A stretch of DNA of 64,000 nt from Patescibacteria group bacterium (GCA_041666325.1 JBAYHC010000001.1:59338-123337), one strand, 5' to 3'; shown: positions 28,422-38,206, numbered from the stretch's first letter. Notes: generated by a model not told the origin, from the letters alone. Numbers and translations: made by a program.

Positions 28422-29012
28422 ATGTCTCTATTGGTTTCTACTGCCATCACTATTTTTCTACTCATGGATTTCATCGGCGGTATTCCTGTTTTTCTGATCC
28501 TGACCCAGAAAGAAAATAAATCTGACCGCAGAAAAATTGCTATCCTTTCTTCTCTAATCGCCGGGTTGATGATTGGCTTTTTTGCGTTTTGCGGCCAGAC
28601 AATTCTTGATTATTTTGGCTTCTCAATCGATGCTCTGCGCGTCGGGGGCGGAATAATAATGCTTTACATCGCTTTTGAGATGATATTTTCCGGCCAGATG
28701 ATTTATGTGAAGGATAATGAAGCACGCAATGTCGCCATTTCTCCCCTGGCAACACCAATGCTAGCTGGACCTGGCGCATTATCATTTGCAATGACAACCT
28801 TTGTCTCCGCCTCGGGACCAGAAAAAGCCATCGTACTTATGGCAATCTTGCTAGCATCGCTGGTAGGAGCAATTATTTTTATCTTCTCACCCACGATCAG
28901 TCGCATACTTGGCAAGGAAGCAGTTCGCGGCATAGAAAAGATTGTCGCTCTCTTGCTTTCAGGAGTAGCTGCCGAGATGATCATGGGCGGAATACAGGGA
29001 TACTTTGGCTGA
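28422..29012 (+). CDS. MarC-family (UPF0056) integral membrane protein
   Basis: 196 aa, 6 TM helices; family-typical N-terminus and GGxxMLYIAFEM segment. Confidence 0.65.
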   Translation: MSLLVSTAITIFLLMDFIGGIPVFLILTQKENKSDRRKIAILSSLIAGLMIGFFAFCGQTILDYFGFSIDALRVGGGIIMLYIAFEMIFSGQMIYVKDNEARNVAISPLATPMLAGPGALSFAMTTFVSASGPEKAIVLMAILLASLVGAIIFIFSPTISRILGKEAVRGIEKIVALLLSGVAAEMIMGGIQGYFG

Positions 29013-29596
29013 TGAAACAAATATTTGAGAAAATTTGGCAGCTAGCACTTCCCCATCAGGACAAAAGGAATGACCGTGGTCATGCAGAAACAACTTTGTA
29101 TTTTGCCCATAAACTACTCGAAACCGAGAAGGGAGATGACAATATCATTATTCCAGCCATTATATTACACGATATTGGTTGGAGCAAAGTCCCCCAGGAG
29201 GTCAGCCTAACCATCTTTGGCTACACCACACCGCAAGAGAAGATCGCGATTCAAAAACGTCATGAAATCGAGGGTGCAATCATGGCCCGGCAAATTTTGA
29301 CGCAAGTTAGCTATGACGGCACTTTGATCGATGAGATTGCGGAGATTATTAGCGGCCACGACACTCGCAATGGCTTCTTGTCACCAAATGATGGTATCGT
29401 TCGCGATGCGGACAAACTGTGGCGGTATTCACATCGCGGACTAGAGGTTGACGCTGTGCGCAGTGCCGATAAATCTGTCCAACGCAGGATCAATCATAAA
29501 GCAGAGAACATCGACAAGGACGGATTCTTTTATTCGGGGTCAGCAAGAAGAATTGCAAGAGAGGAACTAGACAAAAGAAGAGCAGAGTTGTTATAG
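29012..29596 (+). CDS. HD-domain phosphohydrolase
   Basis: 194 aa; HD motif in AIILHDIGW and downstream His/Asp (ISGHDTRN, DADKL). Confidence 0.65.
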   Translation: MKQIFEKIWQLALPHQDKRNDRGHAETTLYFAHKLLETEKGDDNIIIPAIILHDIGWSKVPQEVSLTIFGYTTPQEKIAIQKRHEIEGAIMARQILTQVSYDGTLIDEIAEIISGHDTRNGFLSPNDGIVRDADKLWRYSHRGLEVDAVRSADKSVQRRINHKAENIDKDGFFYSGSARRIAREELDKRRAELL

Positions 29597-29604
29597 GAGG
29601 CATT

Positions 29605-30204
29605 ATGGAATATCCCCTTCACCTTAGATTCAAGTACTGGGCATTGGCACCACAGATATATATCGAGGACACAGCCGGTAATAATGTCTTGTACGTTCAT
29701 CAAAAGCTTTTTAGGCTCAGGGAAAACATTGCTGTCTACCAAGACAAAACAAAGCAAAAACTTCTCTATACAATCAAGGCAGACAGAGTGATTGATTTTT
29801 CTGCCAAATATCGGGTCAGCGATCCTTCTGGTCAGGAGATTTGCACAATCAAGCAGCACGGCTGGAAATCGTTGTGGCGCACTCACTTTGAAATTTTTGT
29901 GGGCGAGAAGATGGTTTTTCGTTTGAGAGAAGAAGATCCTTGGGTCAAGGTTGCCGATGCAGTGCTTAGCGCCATACCGTTTCTAGATATATTTGGCGGC
30001 TTGGTTTTTCACCCTTCGTACAAAGTCATGAGGGTTAATGCGGATGGTTCCGACGCAAAAACCGTAATGCGCCTAAACAAGAAACCGTCTTTTTTCGAGC
30101 GTTTCTTCGAGATCAACAAAACTGAGGACATAGATGCGAAAGAAGAAGTCCAGGTATTGGCTTGCTTGTTGATTTCTACGTTATTAGAGCGCAATCGAGG
30201 ATAA
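29605..30204 (+). CDS. hypothetical protein (possibly LURP-one-related/tubby-like fold)
   Basis: 199 aa ORF; weak resemblance only. Confidence 0.35.
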   Translation: MEYPLHLRFKYWALAPQIYIEDTAGNNVLYVHQKLFRLRENIAVYQDKTKQKLLYTIKADRVIDFSAKYRVSDPSGQEICTIKQHGWKSLWRTHFEIFVGEKMVFRLREEDPWVKVADAVLSAIPFLDIFGGLVFHPSYKVMRVNADGSDAKTVMRLNKKPSFFERFFEINKTEDIDAKEEVQVLACLLISTLLERNRG

Positions 30205-30211
30205 GACTAAT

Positions 30212-30610
30212 ATGAACAAAGTTTCTAGTTTCGCCAATCAATACTCATTAACCGTTAAGGTCTTCGTAACGCTGGTGGCGCTTTGTTTGTTTGTGAACTT
30301 GATAGACTACTCGGCCACAAACATCTACAACAACTACTATGGCACAAAAGGTATCGACTCGCCCGCCCTACTTAATGCGATCATGCAAACCACAATATAC
30401 ATCAAACTGCCCATGCTTCTGCCGTCGATTATAGCCTTCTACCCACTTTGCCTTCACTTCGGCGATTCAGACGGCTCGACTCATGGATGTGGTGGCCCGC
30501 TACCAGAAACCATATCAATAACCTTGTTTTATGCATTCCAGATCATTTTGCTTTATCTTTTTGCCACACTTATCGCGCGCATCATAAATCAGACGCAACG
30601 CAAATATTAG
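30212..30610 (+). CDS. hypothetical membrane protein
   Basis: 132 aa, 3 hydrophobic helices. Confidence 0.4.
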   Translation: MNKVSSFANQYSLTVKVFVTLVALCLFVNLIDYSATNIYNNYYGTKGIDSPALLNAIMQTTIYIKLPMLLPSIIAFYPLCLHFGDSDGSTHGCGGPLPETISITLFYAFQIILLYLFATLIARIINQTQRKY

Positions 30611-30640
30611 ATAACCAAACAACGAAATCATAATGTGGTT

Positions 30641-31180
30641 TTACTCTTCTTTTCCCAGATACTCTCGCACTAGTTTGGGCAACGCTTTTTCAAGCTTCTC
30701 CCCCATCCTTACCTCTTCTTCCATGATCTCTTCGCAAACCCTAGCTGTCTCAGGCTCGTCGTAGTAATCTGCTGCCTCAGCTAGGGTCATGTATGACGCA
30801 TGCTCGAAATGCTCTGTTGCGTGTTCAACGATGGCATTTTTGATAACCTTATCCTTCGCTAAATCAGGCATCAACCCTTGAACCGTGCCCATCATATCAG
30901 CTAGAACTGACTTTACCTTCGAAACCTCACCTCCCAATCTTTCGATCTCGTTCTTGATACGCAGTGCCTGACCCTTTGTTTGCTCTATATGATCCTCTAT
31001 CATCTGTTTTGCTTCTGGATAGTCATTTGCGTCTTTGGCGTGTCCTTCCAGCGTATTTATAATTGACTGCTCCATAGCATAAGCATCATTCAACCAAGTC
31101 ATGAGCGGCTTCATCTCTTCGTCATCCATCTCCTCGTCCTCATCTTCCATATCGTCGTCAGTCACCATTTCTTCATCCAT
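30641..31180 (-). CDS. ferritin-like (DUF892/YciE-type) protein with acidic N-terminal tail
   Basis: 179 aa; helical bundle pattern with paired E/H residues (EQSIINTLEGHAKD..., EHATEHFEHASY); poly-acidic N-terminus. Confidence 0.5.
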   Translation of the reverse strand: MDEEMVTDDDMEDEDEEMDDEEMKPLMTWLNDAYAMEQSIINTLEGHAKDANDYPEAKQMIEDHIEQTKGQALRIKNEIERLGGEVSKVKSVLADMMGTVQGLMPDLAKDKVIKNAIVEHATEHFEHASYMTLAEAADYYDEPETARVCEEIMEEEVRMGEKLEKALPKLVREYLGKEE

Positions 31181-31310
31181 TTTCTCCTTTCATTTATTGA
31201 AAGCGTTCAAGTATAACACAGGGTGGTTTCAACCATATTATTCATTTCGCCCAAAAAGAAAATCGCCCACCAAAGCGGGCGAAACGAGATCAGCTCAGCA
31301 ACTGTTAAGA

Positions 31311-32132
31311 TCAAAGATTTTCGACAAAACCCTCTGCTATGCTCTGGAAGAAACCCATCGACATAGCCCGCGGCACGGCCGCGTTGATCCGGTACGAGAC
31401 ACAGAAACTGTTTGGGTCGGTAAGGAATGGTTTTTCCAAATCAGACAAGCGGTCGATCGGATAAGACTCGGTCGCTTGCCTAAATGCCATGCTCATCACC
31501 CTCTCCTTTTCGGGCAGTCTTATCGTCAGCAAGTCACTCAATTCACTTCTTGGCTCAGCAACATTGCCCAGGACAAAAACAGGCTCAATCATCAGAGTAA
31601 GATGATGCACTGCCAGCCTACCATGCCAAGAAATTCCAGGATCGTAGATACTTGCCGGCTGTACCAGTTCAAGCGTATTTTCGGCCTCCGTTACCGGATA
31701 GATTGCGCAATATATAGCCTTGGGCCACCGATGAAGAATAGCTGTCCGATAAAAGTCGCTTCTCGTCACCGAGTCAACGACTGGCCGCCGGCCCCTCTCG
31801 TCTCGCACATACTTCTCTGCTCGATTCGGATCTGTCTTTGCCAAATCAGGTTGCCCCATGTTACGGCAATAAACATCCAAAAATCTCCTCGAATAATCCG
31901 CAGAGAAACGAGTCAACTGAAACTGAAGCATAAATTTTTCGCCCCATTGACCAGTAATCAGTGTTGGCCGAGATCGCCTGACCAAGAAGATGCTCCCCCT
32001 GGTATCACCACCGATCTCAGCAGACAAAAGATCTGTACCTAAACCCCTGCAAATCTTCTCGAGCAACTGTTCAGATGTCGACATCTCATAATCAACCGGC
32101 TTCCCCTTGTAGGGAACCTGACGAATTGGCAT
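31311..32132 (-). CDS. hypothetical protein (locally GC-rich gene)
   Basis: 273 aa ORF, ~50% GC versus ~42% surroundings; no motif recognised. Confidence 0.4.
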   Translation of the reverse strand: MPIRQVPYKGKPVDYEMSTSEQLLEKICRGLGTDLLSAEIGGDTRGSIFLVRRSRPTLITGQWGEKFMLQFQLTRFSADYSRRFLDVYCRNMGQPDLAKTDPNRAEKYVRDERGRRPVVDSVTRSDFYRTAILHRWPKAIYCAIYPVTEAENTLELVQPASIYDPGISWHGRLAVHHLTLMIEPVFVLGNVAEPRSELSDLLTIRLPEKERVMSMAFRQATESYPIDRLSDLEKPFLTDPNSFCVSYRINAAVPRAMSMGFFQSIAEGFVENL

Positions 32133-32367
32133 TTTCCTCCCCTTTCGACCGTTAGTCAGCTTGGTCGCAAGACCAAGCTGCCTTCACGGCCAATAGTGCC
32201 GACCAGAGCATATTAAAAAATCCTCTTCCTGTCAACAAAAAACCATTGACCAGAATATGTAGAATCGCAGAAATCCTGATCATTAGCAAAAGATGAGCCT
32301 TCCGCAAGAACTCCCCCGTGAGATTGAACAATAAGTTCGAAAATGCTACAATCAGGGAAGAAAATTA

Positions 32368-35334
32368 ATGAATCAACCTATGGAAAAATACAATTTTCAC
32401 GAAATAGAAGTAAAGTGGCAGAAGATTTGGACAGAGAAGGATTACGCGAAGGCCGATGATTTCTCGGACAAGCCCAAACACTACCATTTAGTCGAATTCC
32501 CTTATCCATCAGGGGCAGGGCTTCATGTTGGCCACTGCATGGGTTATGGTGCTTCCGATGCTTATTGTCGCATGAAACGAATGCGCGGATATAACGTTCT
32601 CTATCCCATAGGCTGGGATGCTTTTGGGTTACCAACAGAGAACTATGCTCTGAAAACAGGGGTTCACCCAACAGTCGCTACAGCAGAAAATATTAACACA
32701 TTTAAAAAGCAGATCAAGAGCCTGGGATATTCTTTCGATTGGAACAGAGAGATAAACACTACTGACCCAGCCTACTACAAATGGACGCAGTGGATTTTTT
32801 TGCAGTTCTACAAACATGCTATCATTGATGGCAAACTTATCGAAGTAGCTGACGATGACACTGTGACAGAGCGGTTGGCATACCAAAAGGAGATGCCTAT
32901 CAACTGGTGCCCATCTTGCAAAATCGGTCTCGCTAACGAAGAGGTTATCAGTGGTAAATGTGAACGCTGCAGCACAGAAACCGAGAAAAGATCTCAAAAA
33001 CAATGGATTTTGCGCATCACCGCTTATGCCGACAGGTTGATCAATGATTTGAGCAGCGTAAACTACCTGGATAAAATCAAGACCCAACAGATCAATTGGA
33101 TTGGGCGAAGTACTGGCGCCGAAGTCATGTTCAGCATTAAGAACCACAAAACAGGACTCACCGTCTTTACTACGCGGCCGGATACACTTTTTGGCGCTAC
33201 CTTTATGGTCATCTCTCCCGAGCATCCGCTAATTAAAAACATCGCGAACAGCATCGAGAACAAAGAAGAAATCGATGAGTATATTCGAGAAGCCGCCAAA
33301 AAATCAGACCTTGAACGAACGGAAATGAATAAAGAGAAAACCGGCATTGAAATCAAGGGTATCAAGGCAATTAATCCAGTAAACAACGAGGAAATTCCAA
33401 TCTTTGTTGCCGATTATGTCTTGGCTTCCTATGGAACCGGCGCCATTATGGCTGTCCCGGCCCATGACGATCGTGACTGGGAATTCGCCAATAAATATGA
33501 CATTCCTATGCGCCAAGTCGTGGCCCCAGAGGTAACATACTACAAAACAAAACCTATCGAAGGCAAACCTTGGGTAGATCGCGTTGTCACTGAGTCAATT
33601 ATTCATGACCCGCGCACAAACAAGTATCTGGTTCTGAAGTGGAAGAAGCAACCATGGAACACATTCATTACTGGCGGAATCGAAAAGGATGAAGACATCA
33701 TCGAAGCGGCAAAGAGAGAAATACACGAAGAAACCGGCTACAAAAATGTTAAATTGGTTAAAAATCTTGGCATAACACGTCCAAGCTTTTACGCAGCCCA
33801 CAAAGACGAAAATAGACGAGCGATTTTTCACGGCTTGCTTTTTGAACTTGAGAATGACGAAAGAGATGAGACCGACCAATCAGAAAAAGATATCCACGAC
33901 ATTGTTTGGCTGAATAGAGGGGACCTCACTATTGATAGTATTGTTTGTGCCAGCTTTGATTATTGGATGGAAGCCCTAGATAACAAAGAGGCTGCTTTCT
34001 GTGGCGAGGGTATCGCCATCAACTCTGATTTTCTTGATGGACTATCAACCGACGAAGCAAAGACAAAGATCACAAAATGGTTGGAGCAACATGATCTCGG
34101 CAAAGCCGCTGTTAATTACAAGCTTCGAGACTGGATTTTCTCCCGCCAGCATTATTGGGGTGAGCCAATACCAATCATCCATTGTCAGAAATGTGGCATG
34201 CTACCGCTAGACGAAAAAGATCTTCCTCTTGAATTACCAATGGTTGAACGATACGAGCCGACCGATAACGGGGAATCCCCTCTTGCCAGAATTGATGAAT
34301 GGGTCAACATAACTTGCCCAAAGTGTGGAGGATCAGCAAAACGAGAAACTGACACCATGCCAAACTGGGCAGGGTCTTCGTGGTATTACCTTGCATATGC
34401 TATGCAAGAGCGAAATACGAAATACGAAATACGAAACACGGATCGAGTTCAGCCTGATGAGAATATATTCAAGCAAAAGAAGCACGAATTAGACTATTGG
34501 ATTCCCGTCGATATCTACAACGGCGGTATGGAGCACACAACGTTGCATTTACTTTATTCTCGTTTCTGGCATAAATTCTTATTTGATCTTGGCTTTGTGC
34601 CAACCTCAGAGCCATATGCCAAAAGAATCGCCCACGGCATCATCCTTGGGCCCGATGGTCAAAAGATGAGTAAATCGAGAGGCAATGTTATTAACCCAGA
34701 TGAAATGGTTAAAGAGTACGGTGCTGACACACTCCGGGCTTACGTGATGTTTATCGGTCCATATGACCAGGAATCAGCTTGGAATACAACGGGCATCCAG
34801 GGTGTGCACCGCTTCATGAACAGGGTATGGAATAATCAAAAACTTGTCACAACTCAAAATGACGATAAAGCATTGTTAATCAAGCTCAACCAAACCATCG
34901 TAGGAATTAGCGAAGATCTGGAAAACTTCGGACTAAACACGGTTGTCTCTAAGCTCATGGAATTTAACAATACTCTCGAAAAGGTCGGACACATCAGTAC
35001 TGAATCATACCGGAAATTCCTGCAATTACTCTCCCCTGTTGCACCGCATATAGCTGACGAGATCTGGCAGAAACACGAGTTCACAAGAACAACAGAGGAA
35101 TCATCGTGGCCAGAAGCCGATCCCAACTACCTTGTAGGCGACGAGATTGAGGTCGTAGTCCAGATTGATGGCAAGGTGCGAAATAGGCTAACTGTTTCAT
35201 CAACCATTACCGACGACGAACTGGAGCAGGCAGCTTTGGCATCGGCCAGAACACAAGAATTTATCGGTGGCAAAGAAATAGACAAAATAGTAGTCGTGCC
35301 GAAAAGATTGGTCAGTATCGCCACAAAAGGGTAG
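32368..35334 (+). CDS. leuS: leucine--tRNA ligase with embedded Nudix hydrolase domain
   Basis: 988 aa; HIGH-class motifs (PYPSGAGLHVGHCMGY), KMSKS (QKMSKSRGN), CP1 editing domain; extra ~155 aa between editing domain and the VNYKLRDW segment containing a perfect Nudix box. Confidence 0.9.
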   Translation: MNQPMEKYNFHEIEVKWQKIWTEKDYAKADDFSDKPKHYHLVEFPYPSGAGLHVGHCMGYGASDAYCRMKRMRGYNVLYPIGWDAFGLPTENYALKTGVHPTVATAENINTFKKQIKSLGYSFDWNREINTTDPAYYKWTQWIFLQFYKHAIIDGKLIEVADDDTVTERLAYQKEMPINWCPSCKIGLANEEVISGKCERCSTETEKRSQKQWILRITAYADRLINDLSSVNYLDKIKTQQINWIGRSTGAEVMFSIKNHKTGLTVFTTRPDTLFGATFMVISPEHPLIKNIANSIENKEEIDEYIREAAKKSDLERTEMNKEKTGIEIKGIKAINPVNNEEIPIFVADYVLASYGTGAIMAVPAHDDRDWEFANKYDIPMRQVVAPEVTYYKTKPIEGKPWVDRVVTESIIHDPRTNKYLVLKWKKQPWNTFITGGIEKDEDIIEAAKREIHEETGYKNVKLVKNLGITRPSFYAAHKDENRRAIFHGLLFELENDERDETDQSEKDIHDIVWLNRGDLTIDSIVCASFDYWMEALDNKEAAFCGEGIAINSDFLDGLSTDEAKTKITKWLEQHDLGKAAVNYKLRDWIFSRQHYWGEPIPIIHCQKCGMLPLDEKDLPLELPMVERYEPTDNGESPLARIDEWVNITCPKCGGSAKRETDTMPNWAGSSWYYLAYAMQERNTKYEIRNTDRVQPDENIFKQKKHELDYWIPVDIYNGGMEHTTLHLLYSRFWHKFLFDLGFVPTSEPYAKRIAHGIILGPDGQKMSKSRGNVINPDEMVKEYGADTLRAYVMFIGPYDQESAWNTTGIQGVHRFMNRVWNNQKLVTTQNDDKALLIKLNQTIVGISEDLENFGLNTVVSKLMEFNNTLEKVGHISTESYRKFLQLLSPVAPHIADEIWQKHEFTRTTEESSWPEADPNYLVGDEIEVVVQIDGKVRNRLTVSSTITDDELEQAALASARTQEFIGGKEIDKIVVVPKRLVSIATKG
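33529..34002 (+). other. Nudix hydrolase domain inserted within LeuRS (approx. aa 388-545)
   Basis: Nudix box GGIEKDEDIIEAAKREIHEETGY = G-x5-E-x7-REUxEExGU exactly; absent from canonical bacterial LeuRS at this position. Confidence 0.8.
34411..34440 (+). repeat. tandem heptanucleotide repeat (AAATACG x3 + AAACACG) inside leuS coding sequence
   Basis: cgaaatacgaaatacgaaatacgaaacacg encoding ...ERNTKYEIRNTDR... within a lineage-specific insertion. Confidence 0.8.
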
Positions 35335-35477
35335 CACGTATTTCGTATCTCGCACTTGATATTTCGGTGCTCCTAATAATACGTAATACCCGCTACCAGA
35401 TGCCGACAAGGGGTTGATTTAATTGCTTATTTGTGTAATAATTACAGAGATTTTTAGTATTAGATTAGGAAATTCCA

Positions 35478-35657
35478 ATGGCCGAACCAAAGAAAAGAAC
35501 GAATAATTCCAAGCAGGGCATGCGCCGAATGCATGACAAGGTTGCAAAGCCCGCATTGGTTTTCTGTCCAAAGTGCCACGAACCACAGCAGAAGCATGTA
35601 GTCTGTTATAACTGTGGTCATTATGGCGAAACTAAAGTTTTAGATATTGACAAGTAA
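35478..35657 (+). CDS. rpmF: 50S ribosomal protein L32
   Basis: 59 aa MAEPKKRTNNSKQGMRRMHDKVAKPALVFCPKCHEPQQKHVVCYNCGHYGETKVLDIDK; basic N-terminus plus C4 zinc ribbon; not in ORF track (<60 aa). Confidence 0.75.
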   Translation: MAEPKKRTNNSKQGMRRMHDKVAKPALVFCPKCHEPQQKHVVCYNCGHYGETKVLDIDK

Positions 35658-35915
35658 GAGATATTGACGTCTGGGCACACGTCTCGCCTTCGGCATCGCT
35701 GAGGCGGAAGACCTGGGCCCAAAACATAAAGCCCCGATCAATCGGGGCGCTAGAATGCCTTTTGTTACGACCCAAAGGATCCCTGTGGGCCTTGTTACCC
35801 CCGTATCGAGTCAGGGGCAAGCTCTATCGGGCGTTATTACATCTTGTAATGAAGTACGAATGCGATCAGGCTATGTGTTCATAATTCACACGCCATGTTA
35901 GCTGGAGATTAAGAC

Positions 35916-36323
35916 ATGAATCGTCATCTTTCCCGTTTAATTGCTATGCAGACTCTATATGAGTGGGATTTTCGAAAGGGATCAGAAGATCTTGATGATG
36001 TTGAGTTACGCAATGTCAACGAATATAAAGATGAGGCTGATGCTACCTTTATACGCGAGCTGGTACACGGAGTCTCGAGCAACTTGCCACTCGTTGACCA
36101 AGCAATCGTAAATTCTGCCCCAGAGTGGCCGCTTGATCAAATTGCTCTAATCGATAAAACTATTCTCAGACTAGCAATTTATGAACTACAGAACATCAAA
36201 GAAACTCCACCCAAGGTAGTCATCAATGAGGCAGTTGAGCTAGCGAAACAGTTTGGTGGCAGCAATTCTTCCAAATTTGTAAACGGTGTGCTTGGCTCAG
36301 TGTTTGACAAAGAGGAAAAATAA
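35916..36323 (+). CDS. nusB: transcription antitermination factor NusB
   Basis: 135 aa; [20 protein letters not shown]-terminus typical of NusB. Confidence 0.8.
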   Translation: MNRHLSRLIAMQTLYEWDFRKGSEDLDDVELRNVNEYKDEADATFIRELVHGVSSNLPLVDQAIVNSAPEWPLDQIALIDKTILRLAIYELQNIKETPPKVVINEAVELAKQFGGSNSSKFVNGVLGSVFDKEEK

Positions 36324-36467
36324 TAAGTTAGTTCTTAAAGTTTATAAAGTTATTAAAGTAACACTTAGTGTCATCCTAAATCCGCCATCCGGTAGATGAA
36401 GGATCTCTTGATTGGGATCCCTCAGTAAGATCGAGATGACTTAGTCACTTCATAAACTTAGTACTTT

Positions 36468-37205
36468 ATGAACTTTATGAACCCTGAAGGAGTCCCAATG
36501 AATAGTTTGGATACATTTCAAGAAATGATTGGGGTTCGGTTTAAGGATAGAGCACTCATCGAAAGAGTTTTTATTCACAGATCGTACCTCAACGAACACA
36601 AAGACCTAAAAATCGAGCACAACGAGAGGCTTGAATTTTTGGGTGATGCGGTCCTAGAATTGGCAGTTACTCGTTATCTCTACAATAATTTCCGAAAACC
36701 CGAAGGGGAGATGACAAGTTGGCGAAGCGCCCTAGTTAAGGGTGAATCATTGTCAGAAGAGGCAAAGCGCCTCGGCTTTAACGATTTTATCAAAACTTCT
36801 CGCGGAGAAGCCAAGAACGTTGGCAAGGCGCGAGATCTAATACTCGCGAATGCCTTTGAGGCTTTGATTGGCGCCATTTATATCGACCAGGGATTCGAGA
36901 TAGTAGCGAAGTTTGTCGAAGACAACGTTTGTTACAAACTTCAAGATATTTTAGAAAAAGGTCTTTATTACGATCCAAAAAGCAGGTTTCAGGAGCTTGC
37001 CCAAGAATCGTTTGGCATCACTCCGACCTACGAGGTCGTTGAGGAGAGCGGCCCAGACCACGCCAAGACGTTCATCGTCTCCGCTAATCTAAATGGCACA
37101 GAGGCAGCGACAGGGTCAGGACCATCTAAACAACGAGCACAAACGGAAGCAGCAAGGATTGCTCTGACAAGATGGGATGAGATTGCCCAAAAGTTCCAGT
37201 CATAA
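36468..37205 (+). CDS. rnc: ribonuclease III
   Basis: 245 aa; RNase III signature ERLEFLGDAVLELAV plus C-terminal dsRBD; alternative start at 36489. Confidence 0.9.
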   Translation: MNFMNPEGVPMNSLDTFQEMIGVRFKDRALIERVFIHRSYLNEHKDLKIEHNERLEFLGDAVLELAVTRYLYNNFRKPEGEMTSWRSALVKGESLSEEAKRLGFNDFIKTSRGEAKNVGKARDLILANAFEALIGAIYIDQGFEIVAKFVEDNVCYKLQDILEKGLYYDPKSRFQELAQESFGITPTYEVVEESGPDHAKTFIVSANLNGTEAATGSGPSKQRAQTEAARIALTRWDEIAQKFQS

Positions 37206-37212
37206 GATATAC

Positions 37213-37237
37213 AAAAACGCCCAAAAGGGCGTTTTTG
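37213..37237. terminator. bidirectional rho-independent terminator (ACGCCC-AAAA-GGGCGT flanked by A5 / T5)
   Basis: Between convergent rnc (+) and carboxypeptidase (-) genes. Confidence 0.7.
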
Positions 37238-37249
37238 TATATCTGCGAC

Positions 37250-38206
37250 TTACCTCCAGAGAATGTTTTGGAAGCCCCAATCCAGAAGTTTTCTTGATTC
37301 ATCGGCTGAAGCAGGAGCGGTATCTGCGAAGGTATCTACGACAACACCAACTAGCGTATGTCCGTCCCGGCGAGCCGCTGAAACCAGAATATGACCAGCT
37401 TCGGGCATGTATCCGGTTTTAACACCGATGGCACCACTATACTGGTATTCACCTACTAATCGATTTGAGTTCTTTAGCTCATGAAAAATTGAACCATCAA
37501 CATCCTTAACTACGGCATGTTCAGTTTTGACTATATCCGCAAAAATTGGATTTTTGAGGGCATGTTTAGTCACCAGATATAGATCAAAAGCTGACGAATA
37601 TCCCGTGGTATCCAGGCCAGCAGGATCACGATAATCTGTGTCGACCAATCCCAATTCCTTGGCCTTTTGGTTCATCAGACCAACAAATTTACCTGTTCCT
37701 GTTTCTCCTGAGGAATTAATGTGTTCGGCCAAAGCGTAGGCGGAATCGTTGCCAGACTTGATTAAGAGCGCTTTCAAAAGACTGCGCACAGTTATTTGTT
37801 CGCCTACTCTAAGAAAAGCATCTGCGCCAATCTGATATGCTGCACGCTCAGAAACAGTAACGACATCATCAAGATCATAGTTTTCTAGTACAACTACGGC
37901 GGTCATGATCTTGGTGGTGGATGCAATCGGAACACGCTCTTTCGGTGACTGCTTGATGATTATCTTGTCTGTGTCGGCATCTGCCAATAAATAGTGTTTG
38001 GCCAAGATTTGCGGTTGCGAACTGGTAGGACTAACGATTGGGCGAGGCAAAATATCCGGCAGTGAAAGAGAAATATTTGAAGCAACGGCAGATTGGGATG
38101 GACTGTACTCCTCTGAGATAATTGCACGGTCAAACCGATGAGACAGTGAATCAAGCCCCAACAGGTCCAAGATGATTGAAGCGATTATTAAGGACTTTAT
38201 TATCAT
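37250..38206 (-). CDS. D-alanyl-D-alanine carboxypeptidase (serine-type, PBP5-like)
   Basis: 318 aa; SxxK (ASTTKIMT), SGN (KSGNDSA), KTG (VKTGYMP) motifs; N-terminal signal/TM. Confidence 0.8.
   Translation of the reverse strand: MIIKSLIIASIILDLLGLDSLSHRFDRAIISEEYSPSQSAVASNISLSLPDILPRPIVSPTSSQPQILAKHYLLADADTDKIIIKQSPKERVPIASTTKIMTAVVVLENYDLDDVVTVSERAAYQIGADAFLRVGEQITVRSLLKALLIKSGNDSAYALAEHINSSGETGTGKFVGLMNQKAKELGLVDTDYRDPAGLDTTGYSSAFDLYLVTKHALKNPIFADIVKTEHAVVKDVDGSIFHELKNSNRLVGEYQYSGAIGVKTGYMPEAGHILVSAARRDGHTLVGVVVDTFADTAPASADESRKLLDWGFQNILWR

Noticed and set aside
32378-33879. Minus-strand ORFs inside leuS (32378..32671, 32629..33225, 33063..33386, 33304..33516, 33595..33879)
   Set aside because: Antisense to a confidently identified aaRS gene; low-complexity translations.
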